From NCBI GenBank assembly GCA_027491915.1, contig JAOZGC010000002.1, positions 623,331 through 687,330 on the forward strand: a stretch of 64,000 nt of DNA, read 5' to 3'. The notes beneath the pieces are model-generated. The model saw nothing but the letters and a program-made list of their open reading frames with translations, did not search any database and had not been told where the DNA came from. Each line of letters opens with the position of its first letter. Within the stretch, counting starts at the first letter, position 1. This document shows positions 7,477 through 17,344 of the stretch, in pieces. Made by a program: the position numbers and the translations under genes. The DNA comes from Thermoproteota archaeon (GTDB taxonomy: Archaea; Korarchaeota; Korarchaeia; Korarchaeales; Korarchaeaceae).

Positions 7477-9570
7477 ATGAATGTCTCAATCAGGCAGGTC
7501 GCAGTAGTCTCCGCCCTGGCGGTCCTCTCCCTGCCGGGACCGGCGGCCGCGCTCTCGGATGGCGGGACTGGGGAGTGGGCAGTGGAGGCCTCCACCCCTC
7601 CCCTGGTCCGGATAGACATGGACGGGGGATCCTGGTGCGCCCTGACCGCCGACGGGAGGATCCTTTGGGGGGACGCCTCGGGGTTCTCCGAGGTGGACGG
7701 GTCGGGCCTCCCGGCGGGGGCCGAGGTGAGGGACGTGGCCTGCTCCGGCGGGGCCATATTCGCCGCCGGGAGGTACCCCCTCCCCGGGGGAGGTTGGGCC
7801 CCCCTCCTGGCGGCCAGGTCGGGGGGGTCGTGGCAGATAGTCCTGGGCCACGACAACCTGCTCGACGTGGTCGGCTCGTGCTGGGGCTCCCTCGGGAGCG
7901 GCGTCCTGGAGTCGGTCGACGACGGACCCAGCGGTCAGTTCTACGCCGTGGGGTGGGTGGAGGACTGCGGGAACGGGCAGCCCTGCCCCCTCCTGGTGCT
8001 GGCCAGGCCGACCGGCAGCTGGACCCCCTGCGGAAACCTGCAGGGGTGTCAGGCGGGGGTCCTCCCCAGGGACGTGGACTGCGACCAGAGCGGGTTCTGC
8101 CTAGTCCTGGCCGAGAAGTCCGCGTCCGGTCCGATGCATGGCCTGGGGGTCTACGCCCTACTGACCGGGACGCAGGGCGGCAGGACTTACCTGATCATCG
8201 CCCCCTCCGGGGCCTCCGGGGCCCACGCCGCGGTGGACGCCGTGGCCGGCCGGGTCGGGATAGGCCTGATCCGGAGGGGGGGATCCACGCTCGCGAAGAC
8301 CGAGAACGGGGGGACCGTGTGGACGATTAGGTCCCTCCCGGGCGGTAGGGTCGACTGGTCGGCCGTGGCCTGCCCCGCCGCGGACTCCTGCTGGGCGGCG
8401 GGCTCCGGGGGGACCTCGGCCATGTACCTGATCACCATGCCGTCGGGCTCCGTCCACGTCTCCCCCGTCGACACTCCGATCTCGCGCTCGACCGCCCAGG
8501 TGACAGACATAGACTGCGCCGGCGCAGAGTGCGTGGCGTCGGCCCGCGGGACCGCGCCGGGGAACTCGTCCTCGGGGTGGGTCCTCCGCTTCACCCCGTC
8601 CTCCGGCGGTGGAGGGGGCGGCGGTGGAGGTGGAGGTGGAGGGGGCGGGATCCCGCGGATCGTCCCCGGAATGGGTCCGTCCCTGCCGCCGGGGCTGTCC
8701 CTTCCGACCTTCATAGATCCGGCCATACTGGGGGTCATGAGCAACCTGACCTCGGTCCCCTCCAAGATGGACCTCTCGCCCGACTCCCCGGAGGTCCAGG
8801 TGGGCGAGGCGGTCACCGTCTACGGCAGGATAGAGGTTCAGGACAACAGGCCGGTCTCCGGAGAGGTCAACCTCACGATAATCGGCCCGACCGGTACCTG
8901 GACCGGCCAGGCCCCCATAGGGGAGAACAACTCCTTCGGGGTCAGGTTCTCCCCCACCGCGGCCGGGATCTGGACCGTGACCGCTTCTTGGGGGGGAACC
9001 GAGGACGGGTCGGTCGACGGGTGCTCCGCCAGCGTGAACGTCACGGCCACGGAGCCAGAGGAGGTAGAGCCAATCATGGGATCCTTCGGCCTCCTGGGCA
9101 ACCTCACCCCGGTGGCCCCGGCCGACCCGGACTCCGAATCGGCCGCCGACGTGCTGGGGGAGGAGCCCGCCGGGGCGCCGCCGGCCGAGGGGCACATCCT
9201 GGTGGTGGGGGGTCCGGAGGCCAACCCCCTGGCCGCCCAGCTGAACGGGCTCCTCGGGATATCCCTGGAGTTCACCAACGAGCAGAAGACGGCCGGCAGG
9301 ATAGAGGTGTCCGGGGAGGTCTTCGAGTTTGACGACCTGCAGTTCGGCAGGGCCGACTACGGCGTGGTGGCGGTCGCCGAGTACGAGGGGAGGCTCGTCT
9401 TCTTCGCCGAGGGGTTCACCAGGTACGGGACCAGGGCGGCCCTGATGTACCTCGCGTCGTCGTGGATGTGGCACCCCAACTCGTCCTACGTGATAATCAA
9501 GTGGTCCGACGCGGACGGGAACGGCCGGATATCTCAGGGGGACGTCTTCAGGGTCCTGGCCTCGGGGTGA
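7477..9570 (+). CDS. Secreted surface glycoprotein: Cys-rich beta-propeller-like region, poly-Gly linker, Ig-like domain, S-layer-like C-terminal domain
   Basis: Signal peptide; repeats such as AVACPAADSCWAAG and DIDCAGAECVAS; GIWTVTASWGG Ig motif; ILVVGGPEANPL...GTRAA...WSDADGNG; several N-x-S/T sequons; AT-rich upstream region 7410-7446. Confidence 0.85.
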   Translation: MNVSIRQVAVVSALAVLSLPGPAAALSDGGTGEWAVEASTPPLVRIDMDGGSWCALTADGRILWGDASGFSEVDGSGLPAGAEVRDVACSGGAIFAAGRYPLPGGGWAPLLAARSGGSWQIVLGHDNLLDVVGSCWGSLGSGVLESVDDGPSGQFYAVGWVEDCGNGQPCPLLVLARPTGSWTPCGNLQGCQAGVLPRDVDCDQSGFCLVLAEKSASGPMHGLGVYALLTGTQGGRTYLIIAPSGASGAHAAVDAVAGRVGIGLIRRGGSTLAKTENGGTVWTIRSLPGGRVDWSAVACPAADSCWAAGSGGTSAMYLITMPSGSVHVSPVDTPISRSTAQVTDIDCAGAECVASARGTAPGNSSSGWVLRFTPSSGGGGGGGGGGGGGGGIPRIVPGMGPSLPPGLSLPTFIDPAILGVMSNLTSVPSKMDLSPDSPEVQVGEAVTVYGRIEVQDNRPVSGEVNLTIIGPTGTWTGQAPIGENNSFGVRFSPTAAGIWTVTASWGGTEDGSVDGCSASVNVTATEPEEVEPIMGSFGLLGNLTPVAPADPDSESAADVLGEEPAGAPPAEGHILVVGGPEANPLAAQLNGLLGISLEFTNEQKTAGRIEVSGEVFEFDDLQFGRADYGVVAVAEYEGRLVFFAEGFTRYGTRAALMYLASSWMWHPNSSYVIIKWSDADGNGRISQGDVFRVLASG
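8605..8649 (+). repeat. GGN codon run encoding a 15-glycine linker
   Basis: ggcggtggagggggcggcggtggaggtggaggtggagggggcggg, in frame. Confidence 0.85.
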
Positions 9571-9639
9571 CGGGCGACGCGGCCGGCCGCCCGCCCACCC
9601 ACCCCCCTCATTTTTCTCCTCGCGGCCCCCCGTCCACCA

Positions 9640-11160
9640 ATGCGCCCGCTGAGGTTGAGGGTGGCCGGGCCCGCCCTCCCGTCCGGGGCCAGGCTCCTAG
9701 TGGTCGACCCGGGGGAGGCGGCCGCCGCCGGGCTCAGGTCCTACGATAGGGTCAGGGTCAGACTCGGGGGGAGGTCGGCCGCCGCCCTCCTGGCCGCCGT
9801 GGGCGGGATCGTGGGGCCGGGGGAGGCGGCCGCCTCCCTGGAGCTGGCCGAGGCCCTCGGGCTCCGGGGCGGGGAGGAAGTGGAGGTCACGCTGGCAGGC
9901 GTTCCCCCCTCCTACGGGGCCATAAGGAGGAAGATGAGGGGCGAGAGCCTCTCCCCCGATGAGATAAGGTCGGTGGTCGAGGACGTCGCGGGGTACTCCC
10001 TGGGGGAGCTCGAGGTGGCGGCCTTCCTCCTGGCCCAGGAGATGAGGGGGATGACGCCGGAGGAGGTGAGGGCCCTGACGGCGGCCATGGTCGAGGTCGG
10101 CGGCAGGATAGACTTCGGCAGGCCCGTTTACGAGAAGCACTCGATAGGCGGGGTGCCGGGGAACAAGGTCAGCCTGCTGGTAGTGCCCATAGTGGCCTCC
10201 GCCGGGGTCTTCATACCGAAGACCAGCAGCCGGGCCATAACCAGCCCCTCGGGGACTGCCGACACCATGGAGGTCCTCGCCCCCGTCGAGTTCTCCCCGG
10301 AGGAGTTCAGGGAGGTCGCCCTGAGGGCGGGCGGGGCTATAGTGTGGAACGGCGGCCTGCGCCTCTCCCCGGTGAGCGAGGTATTCGCCAGGGTGGGGCG
10401 CAGGCTTGAGATAGATCCGCCCAGCCAGATGATGGCCAGCATCCTGTCGGAGAAGCTGGCCGTCGGGACGCACGGGATGGTGCTGGACATACCGGTCGGC
10501 AGGGGGGCGAAGGTGGAGACCCTGGCCGAGGCCGAGTCCCTGGCCTCCAGGTTCCTGGAGCTGGGGAGGGCCTTCGGCGTCAGGATCCAGTGCGCCGTCA
10601 CCTACGGGGGACAGCCGGTGGGCCACGCCGTGGGCCCGGCCCTGGAGGCCAGAGAGGCCCTGGAGGCCCTGTCCGGCAGGGGGCCGGCCAGCCTCACGGA
10701 GAAGTCCACCGGCCTGGCAGGGATGCTGCTGGAGCTGGCTGGGGCGGCCCCCAGGGGCGGAGGGAAGGCGGCGGCAGAGGCCGCCCTTGAGTCCGGGAGG
10801 GCCGAGAGGAAGCTCAGGGAGATCGTGGACGCCCAGGGCGGCGACCCCTCCGTCGGGCCCGAGGACGTCCCCGTGGGGGAGAAGTCGACCGAGGTCAGGT
10901 CCACCGCTGACGGCTACGTCACCAGGGTCTACAACTCAGCCGTCGCGGCCGTGGCCAGGGCGGCCGGGGCCCCGGAGGAGAAGGGGGCCGGCGTCCTGCT
11001 GCACGCCAAGCAGGGGTACAAGGTCAGGAGGGGGGACGTCCTCTTCGAGATCTACGCAGAGAGGGAGTCCAGGCTCACCGAGGCCCTGGCCCTCGCCTCC
11101 GAGCTGAGGCCCGTGATGGTGGAGGGGATGCTCCTCAGGAGGATCCCGGACTACGCCTGA
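9640..11160 (+). CDS. deoA: AMP phosphorylase (archaeal thymidine phosphorylase family)
   Basis: N-terminal extension of about 85 aa, KHSIGGVPGNK, KTSSRAITSPSGTADTMEVL, DIPVGRGAKV, VGPALEAREAL, AGAPEEKGAG. Confidence 0.93.
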   Translation: MRPLRLRVAGPALPSGARLLVVDPGEAAAAGLRSYDRVRVRLGGRSAAALLAAVGGIVGPGEAAASLELAEALGLRGGEEVEVTLAGVPPSYGAIRRKMRGESLSPDEIRSVVEDVAGYSLGELEVAAFLLAQEMRGMTPEEVRALTAAMVEVGGRIDFGRPVYEKHSIGGVPGNKVSLLVVPIVASAGVFIPKTSSRAITSPSGTADTMEVLAPVEFSPEEFREVALRAGGAIVWNGGLRLSPVSEVFARVGRRLEIDPPSQMMASILSEKLAVGTHGMVLDIPVGRGAKVETLAEAESLASRFLELGRAFGVRIQCAVTYGGQPVGHAVGPALEAREALEALSGRGPASLTEKSTGLAGMLLELAGAAPRGGGKAAAEAALESGRAERKLREIVDAQGGDPSVGPEDVPVGEKSTEVRSTADGYVTRVYNSAVAAVARAAGAPEEKGAGVLLHAKQGYKVRRGDVLFEIYAERESRLTEALALASELRPVMVEGMLLRRIPDYA

Positions 11161-11915
11161 CGGGGAGGCCGGACCTCCCAGGGCGGGACCTCCCCCCTCC
11201 TGAGCAGGTGCTCCAGGGCGGCCTCGGCCCACCCCTCCAGCCCCAGGGACCTTACCCTCCCGACCGCCGCCTCCACATCGTACCGCACCCGGCCCAGCCT
11301 GATCCCCCCTCCCTCCTCCAGCACGGCGTAGGAGGCCCGCGGGTCGCCGTCCCTGGGCTGCCCGACCGACCCAGGGTTCACGACCCGGGTCCCGCCGACC
11401 TCCCTGTCCATCGGGCGGTGGGTGTGGCCCAGCAGGACCAGGTCCGCCGACACCCTCCTGGGCCCGGAGATCCCCGCCTCAACGAGCTCGGCCTCCAGCT
11501 CGGACTCGGACGCGGCTGGCATGACGTAGCCGTGGAGCGGATCCCGGGGGGAGGCGTGCACGGCGTACGCGGCCGCGCCTCCCAGGTCCAGCTCCGCCCT
11601 CCTGGGCAGGGAGCCCAGCCAGTCCAGGTCCCCCCTCGAGAGGGCGGGCAGGGTGATCTCCCGCCTCGTGTACTCGCTCAGAGGCCTGAGCTCCTCGGCG
11701 CACCCGCACCCCACCCCGAAGGCCGCCGCGGCGTCGTGGTTCCCCATTACGGCCACGTCGGCCGAGGACCTGAGCGCGTCGACCGCCTCCCCCGGGTCTG
11801 GACCGTAGTCCACCGCGTCCCCCAGGAAGACGACCAGGTCTGCCTCCGCCGAGTTGAGCACGGCCCTCAGGGCCTCCGCGTTGGCGTGGACGTCGGACAG
11901 CACCAGGACCCTCAC
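11151..11915 (-). CDS. Calcineurin-like metallophosphoesterase (YfcE/MJ0936-like)
   Basis: SDVHAN, LGDAVDYG, GNHD, GHTH, NPGSVGQPRDGDPRASY; GTG start at 11915. Confidence 0.92.
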   Translation of the reverse strand: MRVLVLSDVHANAEALRAVLNSAEADLVVFLGDAVDYGPDPGEAVDALRSSADVAVMGNHDAAAAFGVGCGCAEELRPLSEYTRREITLPALSRGDLDWLGSLPRRAELDLGGAAAYAVHASPRDPLHGYVMPAASESELEAELVEAGISGPRRVSADLVLLGHTHRPMDREVGGTRVVNPGSVGQPRDGDPRASYAVLEEGGGIRLGRVRYDVEAAVGRVRSLGLEGWAEAALEHLLRRGEVPPWEVRPPRQA

Positions 11916-12053
11916 GCGCCCGCCGGGACCCCTGCCCGTATAAGAGGCCGCCCGGCCGGGGCGCCCCGAGACCCCGGCCCCCGGCCGCGCCGGCGGGTCG
12001 ACCCCCGTCGACCCTTTTATAGCCCGGGACCCTCCCAATCTTTGGTGGGAACC

Positions 12054-12290
12054 ATGGAGGTCGTGGGAAGGTTGGACGCGCGGGGCAGGCTGACCATACC
12101 CAAGGAGATTAGGGAGGAGGCCAGGCTCGGAGACCTGGTCAGGATCAGGCTGGAGGGCGGCAGGGTGGTGATAGAGCCCCTGGAGGCCAGGCCGATCAGG
12201 AGGGCCAGGTTCAAGGTCACCTCCCTGGACCTACCCAGGGTGAGGCGGGAGCTGACGGAACTTGCCGAGGACCTCGCCGGCTCTGGCTGA
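12054..12290 (+). CDS. vapB: AbrB/MazE-type antitoxin (VapB)
   Basis: LDARGRLTIPKEIREE; TATA-like TTTTATA at about 12015. Confidence 0.88.
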   Translation: MEVVGRLDARGRLTIPKEIREEARLGDLVRIRLEGGRVVIEPLEARPIRRARFKVTSLDLPRVRRELTELAEDLAGSG

Positions 12291-12678
12291 GACGGACTTC
12301 CTTATAGCCCTCCTGAACGAGGCGGATCCGCTGCACGGGGCCGCGCTCAGGGCCTGCGGCAGGTTCCGCCTGATCCTCTCCCCCTACAGCCTGGTCGAGC
12401 TGGACCTGCTGGTCCTGTCCGGGAGGATAGAGGTGGACGACCCGGCCGAGTTCTCGCGAGACGTGATCCGCGAGCTCCGGGTGAGGAGGATCTCCACCGC
12501 CCCGGCGAGGCCGGAGGTCCACGCCAGGGCCTGGGAGCTGAGGGAGGGCGGGGGAGGCGCCGGGTACTTCGACAGCCTGCACAGGGCGCTGGCCGAGGTC
12601 GAGGGCCTGCCCCTGCTCAGCGCGGACGGGGCTCACTCGGGCTGCGGGGCGGGCTGGATAGACCTGCGCTCCGTCTGA
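12262..12678 (+). CDS. vapC: PIN-domain toxin (VapC)
   Basis: AETDFLIALLNEADPLH, YSLVEL, YFDSLHRALA, LLSAD. Confidence 0.88.
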   Translation: MPRTSPALAETDFLIALLNEADPLHGAALRACGRFRLILSPYSLVELDLLVLSGRIEVDDPAEFSRDVIRELRVRRISTAPARPEVHARAWELREGGGGAGYFDSLHRALAEVEGLPLLSADGAHSGCGAGWIDLRSV

Positions 12679-13184
12679 TCACGCCCGGTGGCCCGCGCCC
12701 GAACCGTGGGATCGGCGCCCGGCCCGGCCTAGGCGGGGCCGGGAGGAACCTCCCCCTGGTTCGCATGAACTCCTCGTACTCGCCTCCCCAGTACCCGAGG
12801 AGCCCTTCCTCCTCCAGCTCGGCCAACCTGTTCCAGAGGGGCAGCATCGACAAGTTCAGGATGATCCCCGGGATGCTCTCGAACAGGAGGGCCGCCCCGA
12901 ACCCGATCATGATGAAGGCCGGGTAGAAGGGGTGCCTCACGTACCCGTAGGGTCCTCGGGTGAGGGGGCGGTCGAAGTCCTCCGGCCTGTCGTGCCTCTC
13001 CGGATAGAGGGAGTGGACGCGGAAGGCCAGGCAGGGCGGATCCGGCCGCCGCGAGGACGAGGACCGCGCGGGACGAGATCCCCGCGACCGTCCCCCCCAC
13101 GGGGCTGAGCAGGATCGCGCAGGCCGGGATCAGCAGGCCGAAGAATATGGCGAACACCGCCCTCCGGAGCCCGGCCGACTCCAC
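12617..13184 (-). pseudogene. Isoprenylcysteine carboxyl methyltransferase (ICMT/PEMT) family membrane protein, frameshifted near 13035
   Basis: N-terminal TM helices in the 13184 frame; LTRGPYGYVRHPFY...EEEGLLGYWGGEYEEFMRTRGRFLP in another frame. Confidence 0.7.
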
Positions 13185-13315
13185 CGACGGGGGGTGGGTT
13201 AGCCGCGGCCCTTAAACCCTAACTCCCCCTCCCCACCCCCGGCGCCGGGCGCGGACCCCGGGTCTCCACCATTGGTCCCCAACCTCCATATACCCCCGGG
13301 CCCCCCACCGGCTCG

Positions 13316-15961
13316 ATGTGGGACCTCCGGGCGCTGGCGGCCGCGGCCGCGGCGATCCTCATCCTGTCGGCGTCCGCCGCCCCCCCGGAGCCCGCCCGCG
13401 GATCTCCCCCGCTCTCCCCGGTTCCGGACGGCGGGGCCCCGGGGGGCGGCCCGACCCGGGCGAGCCGGGGGCTGGTACCGATCCGGGTCAGGAACTGGCT
13501 CGACTTCGACAGGGTCGACGAGCCGGTCACCTCGGGGATCGCCCTCCCGGCGGGCGCCGCCTCGGACGAGGGGGAGATGAGGCTGCTCGACGGTTCCATG
13601 TCTGAGGTCCCGGCCCAGTTCAGGGTCCTGGCGAGGTGGCCCGACGGGAGCGTCAGGTGGGTCCTGGCGGACTTCCAGTGCAGCGTGGGGGCCGGGTCCG
13701 AGGTCACCTACTACCTGGAGCTCGGGAGGGCCCCCTCAGGGTTCGACTCGCCCCTGCGGGTCGAGGATCGCGGGGACCGCCTGTGGGTCCACACCGGCCC
13801 CCTGTCCTTCGGGATCTCGAGGGGAGGCTTCCCACTGCTGGGTCCCTTCTACATGGACCTGGACGGGGACGGATCCCCGGAGACCCTGGTCTCCGAGGGG
13901 GGAGACTTCGAGGTCACCGGGATCGACGGGGACAGGTTCCTGGCCGGCCCCGGGGTCGAGGAAGTCGGGGTGGAGGAGGCCGGTGGACTGAGGCTCTCCG
14001 TCGTGGTCCGGGGAACCCACGCGGGCCCTACCGGTCGGCTCCTGAACTACACCCTCAGGATAAACGCGTACGCCCGTAAGAGCTACCTCAGGATCTACTA
14101 CACCGAGGGAAACGACCTCCCCTGCCTGAACGACGGATCCGGTCAGCCGGACTGCCTGAAGCTCGGGTCCCCCAACGGGATCAGGTTCGAGGATCTCTCC
14201 CTGGAGCTCAACCTGACCTCGGCCGGCGGGGAACCGACCTTCTCCATCCCGGTGGAGGGGGGAGGGACGATCTCCGGGCCGCTGCGGGGTTCGGCCCTCG
14301 TCTACCAGGACTCCAGCGGCGGCCGGGAGTGGGACAGGTGGCCCGGGGTAGCCTTCAGGGGGTACGAGGTGGTCGTCGACGGGAGGAGGCTGGGCGGCGG
14401 CTCGAGGGCGGAGGGGTGGGCCGACCTCTCCCTCCGGGACTTCGGCCTCACGGTCGGGGAGAGGTACTTCTGGGAGAACTTCCCGGGGGCCATCGAGTTG
14501 ACCGGGGACGGGACCGTCCGCCTGGGGCTGATGCCGGGCCACTTCTCGCTGCCGTTCGAGCACAGGGCCGGCGAGCGCAAGACCCACGAGATCTTCCTCT
14601 ACTTCCACGGGGGGCCCTTCGACGGGTCCGACGCCGAGGTGGCCAGGGCCCTCTCGGACCCCCTGCAGGCCCGGGGGCCGGCCGACCTGTACCTGCGGTT
14701 CGGCCTCTACGAGAGGTGGTTCCCGGCGGACCCGTCCAACCCGAGGCTCCTCGACTACGAGCTCAACAACCTGGCCGCCGTGGCCGGATCCTCGGGCCCC
14801 TACGCGGCCAACCTCTTCGACGCCAGGGAGAGGGCCGACTTCTACGGGTGGATGAACTTCGGGGACGTGCCGATCCTGGACGAGGACGGGGGGACGGGCC
14901 AGATGAACCTGCAGTACGACTTCGAGTACGGGATGCTGGTCCAGAGCCTCAGGCTCCTCGGGGTGGACGACCAGAACTCCAGGAGGTGGTGGCTCCTGGG
15001 GGAGCAGGCGGCCAGGCACACGGCCGACCTGGACGTGCTCCACGTCCACCGGGGCGACCCCTCCCAGCCCTCTTCCTACTGGATCAGGTGGTGCTGGGGG
15101 GGCATGTTCTGGCACACCCCCCACGGGGAGGACGGGCTGGACAGGCCCCACAGGGGGGCTTCTCCGAGCCTGGAGTTCCAGTTCGTCAGGGGGCTCTTCC
15201 TCTACTACTACCTGTCCGGGTACCGGCCGGCGTGGGACGCCGCCATCGAGGTCTCGGAGAACACCTACTGGAGGGTGGTCAACGGTCCCGGGGAGCCCGG
15301 GTACAGCGGGACCGAGGGGGACGAGGCGCGCGCCCCGGCCAACGCCCTGCGGATACTCCTGGCGGCCTACCAGGCGACCTGGGATGGGAGGTTCCTGGAG
15401 GCCGCGAGGAGGGTGGTGCGGGAGTCCGACTTCCGCCGGAGGTGGTACCGGAGGGGGCCCTCGCCCGACCGCGCCGGCAGGTCCGTCGCCCCGTGGCAGC
15501 AGGCCATGCTCATGGTGTCCCTGGGGGAGTACCTGGACCTGATCCGGGAGGTCGGGGGCGAGGTGGACGGGGAGGCCAGGTCCTCCCTCCTGGGCTACGC
15601 GGACTGGATGCTCAGGTACGCCTACCACCCCTCGGGGGACGACGCCTTCTCCGGGCCACACTTCGTCTACAGGTGGTGGGGAGACGGCAGGGTCAGCGAC
15701 TGGTCCCCCGGGGGAGGGGCCAACGCCTGGATGCTCGTCATCAGCGACGCCTTCGCCTACGCCTGGAGGTACTCCGGCAACCTGACATACCTGAGGGTCG
15801 CGGCCCAGCAGTTCAGGGACGGCTCCCGGTGGTTCTGGTACGAGGGGAACCCGGTGGGGGAGTTCGCCACCGGGAAGCAGCACGCGATACTCTCGACCAG
15901 CGGCTTCATGTTCGGGCGCATGGTGGCCTCGACCCCGGCCCCGGGGGCCCGGGGCCGGTGA
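13316..15961 (+). CDS. Large secreted PcRGLX/YetA-like (PL26 exo-rhamnogalacturonan lyase-like) protein
   Basis: Signal peptide; EPVTSGIALPAG...VPAQFRVLARWPDGSVRWVLADF; FYGWMNFGD; ARHTADLD; VAPWQQAMLM helical C-terminus. Confidence 0.75.
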   Translation: MWDLRALAAAAAAILILSASAAPPEPARGSPPLSPVPDGGAPGGGPTRASRGLVPIRVRNWLDFDRVDEPVTSGIALPAGAASDEGEMRLLDGSMSEVPAQFRVLARWPDGSVRWVLADFQCSVGAGSEVTYYLELGRAPSGFDSPLRVEDRGDRLWVHTGPLSFGISRGGFPLLGPFYMDLDGDGSPETLVSEGGDFEVTGIDGDRFLAGPGVEEVGVEEAGGLRLSVVVRGTHAGPTGRLLNYTLRINAYARKSYLRIYYTEGNDLPCLNDGSGQPDCLKLGSPNGIRFEDLSLELNLTSAGGEPTFSIPVEGGGTISGPLRGSALVYQDSSGGREWDRWPGVAFRGYEVVVDGRRLGGGSRAEGWADLSLRDFGLTVGERYFWENFPGAIELTGDGTVRLGLMPGHFSLPFEHRAGERKTHEIFLYFHGGPFDGSDAEVARALSDPLQARGPADLYLRFGLYERWFPADPSNPRLLDYELNNLAAVAGSSGPYAANLFDARERADFYGWMNFGDVPILDEDGGTGQMNLQYDFEYGMLVQSLRLLGVDDQNSRRWWLLGEQAARHTADLDVLHVHRGDPSQPSSYWIRWCWGGMFWHTPHGEDGLDRPHRGASPSLEFQFVRGLFLYYYLSGYRPAWDAAIEVSENTYWRVVNGPGEPGYSGTEGDEARAPANALRILLAAYQATWDGRFLEAARRVVRESDFRRRWYRRGPSPDRAGRSVAPWQQAMLMVSLGEYLDLIREVGGEVDGEARSSLLGYADWMLRYAYHPSGDDAFSGPHFVYRWWGDGRVSDWSPGGGANAWMLVISDAFAYAWRYSGNLTYLRVAAQQFRDGSRWFWYEGNPVGEFATGKQHAILSTSGFMFGRMVASTPAPGARGR

Positions 15962-16167
15962 GGGGCCCGACCGCCCGCGCCGGGAGGGTGGCGGCCCCGA
16001 TCCCGCGGTCGGCGGGGGGAGGAGCCCGGGGGATCGCCGCGGCCGTCCGCACCGGGACTCGGGCCGGGGCCGGCCGGGCGCGAGGCGGGGAGGTGGGCTG
16101 GGAGCCGGGGAAGGGGCTCGGGGAGGGCCCGACCCCGGGGCCCCCTCGACCGCCGCCCCGCGAGTTC

Positions 16168-16461
16168 TCAGCCTGGTCGGGGCCGCCGGGTCCAGACCGT
16201 CGACCCCCTGACCCTGATCTCCACGATCCTGTGCATGGGGATCACCGTGCCCCCCGGCAGGAGGATCCTGTCAGCCGCGACCCTCACCTCGTCCCCCCTG
16301 ATGGTCTCCAGGCCCGTCTCGGTCCCCCTGGACTCGAACACTATCTCGTAGTCCCCGGGTCTCTCTCCGGGCTTCCAGAGCATGGCGCTCAGGATCTCCC
16401 TTATCTCCCCCTTGCCCTTTCCCCTCCCCCCGGCCCCACCCCTCCTCCGGACCATCCCCAT
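16168..16461 (-). CDS. DUF504/MJ1316-like small RNA-repair-associated protein
   Basis: IREILSAMLW...YEIVFESRG...IPMHRIVEIR...VWTRR. Confidence 0.8.
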   Translation of the reverse strand: MGMVRRRGGAGGRGKGKGEIREILSAMLWKPGERPGDYEIVFESRGTETGLETIRGDEVRVAADRILLPGGTVIPMHRIVEIRVRGSTVWTRRPRPG

Positions 16462-16478
16462 CCACCTCAGGCCGCCGG

Positions 16479-16814
16479 TCACCCGGCCCTGAGCCCGACC
16501 AACGCCCCGGCCAGGACCCCCCCGACCAGGGGGATGCCGGACGAGCTCAGCGCGGACCAGACGTCGCCTCCTCTCCCGGAGAGCCACCCCACCAGCTCCC
16601 CCAACCCGGAGGCAGCCCCCTCCGCGAGGGACTCCAGGGCGCCCGGCCTGAACTCGATCAGGCCCGCCCACCGGAGGCCCAGCAGGATTAGGAGGAGGGC
16701 GCCGACCAGGGCCGCCAGGAGCTTCAGGAACTTCTTCAGGGAGTAACCCACCAGAAACCCCAGGATCGCCCCGCCCCCCGCCTGTAGGAGGAAGGACTCG
16801 AGCCCGCCGAGCAT
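16479..16814 (-). CDS. FUN14 family membrane protein
   Basis: GGGAILGFLVGYSLKKFLKL...GLIEF...GGVLAGALVG. Confidence 0.85.
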   Translation of the reverse strand: MLGGLESFLLQAGGGAILGFLVGYSLKKFLKLLAALVGALLLILLGLRWAGLIEFRPGALESLAEGAASGLGELVGWLSGRGGDVWSALSSSGIPLVGGVLAGALVGLRAG

Positions 16815-16884
16815 CCCGGGTCCGGGGGGACCGGGGATTAAACGGTTGCGCCGAGTCGAGCCGACCCGGCCGGGGGCCCGCTGA

Positions 16885-17230
16885 TCAGACCATCCCGGAG
16901 ATCCGCGGGGAGATCACCCTCACGCCCAGGCCCCTCCGCCACCCTCCCCTGCCGCCCGTCGCAGGTAAGCAGGGCGGCCCCGAGCCTGCGGGCCTGGGCC
17001 AGGTAGAGGGAGTCATAGACCGTGATCCACTCGCCCAGCGCCGGCCGGAAGGCCTCCCCAACGTACTCCCCCTCCCCTCCACCCCGACGACGTCTCCGAA
17101 GAGCCTCCGGATCACCCGGAGCCTCTCCCCGGCCACCTCCCTGGAGAGGATGCCCCGGGCCGCCGCTCCCTACATAGCCACGGTCCAGGTGGTGTACTCC
17201 GCCCGGGGAAAGCGGATAGTCTTCAAGAGG
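16885..17230 (-). pseudogene. Decayed PIN-domain (VapC) gene
   Basis: Pieces across frames: RGILSREVAGERLRVIRRLF, ITVYDSLYLAQARRLGAALLTCDGRQGRVAEGLGVRVI; internal TAG and frameshifts. Confidence 0.65.
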
Positions 17231-17344
17231 GATCCCCAGGGATCACGGGATCGATCTGGTCTTCGGGAGGCGGCCCGCCTAGGCCGCGGGGGGCTCGAGC
17301 CGGAGGACCGGCGCGGCCCCGGGACCGGGGTCTCCCCGCCCGAC

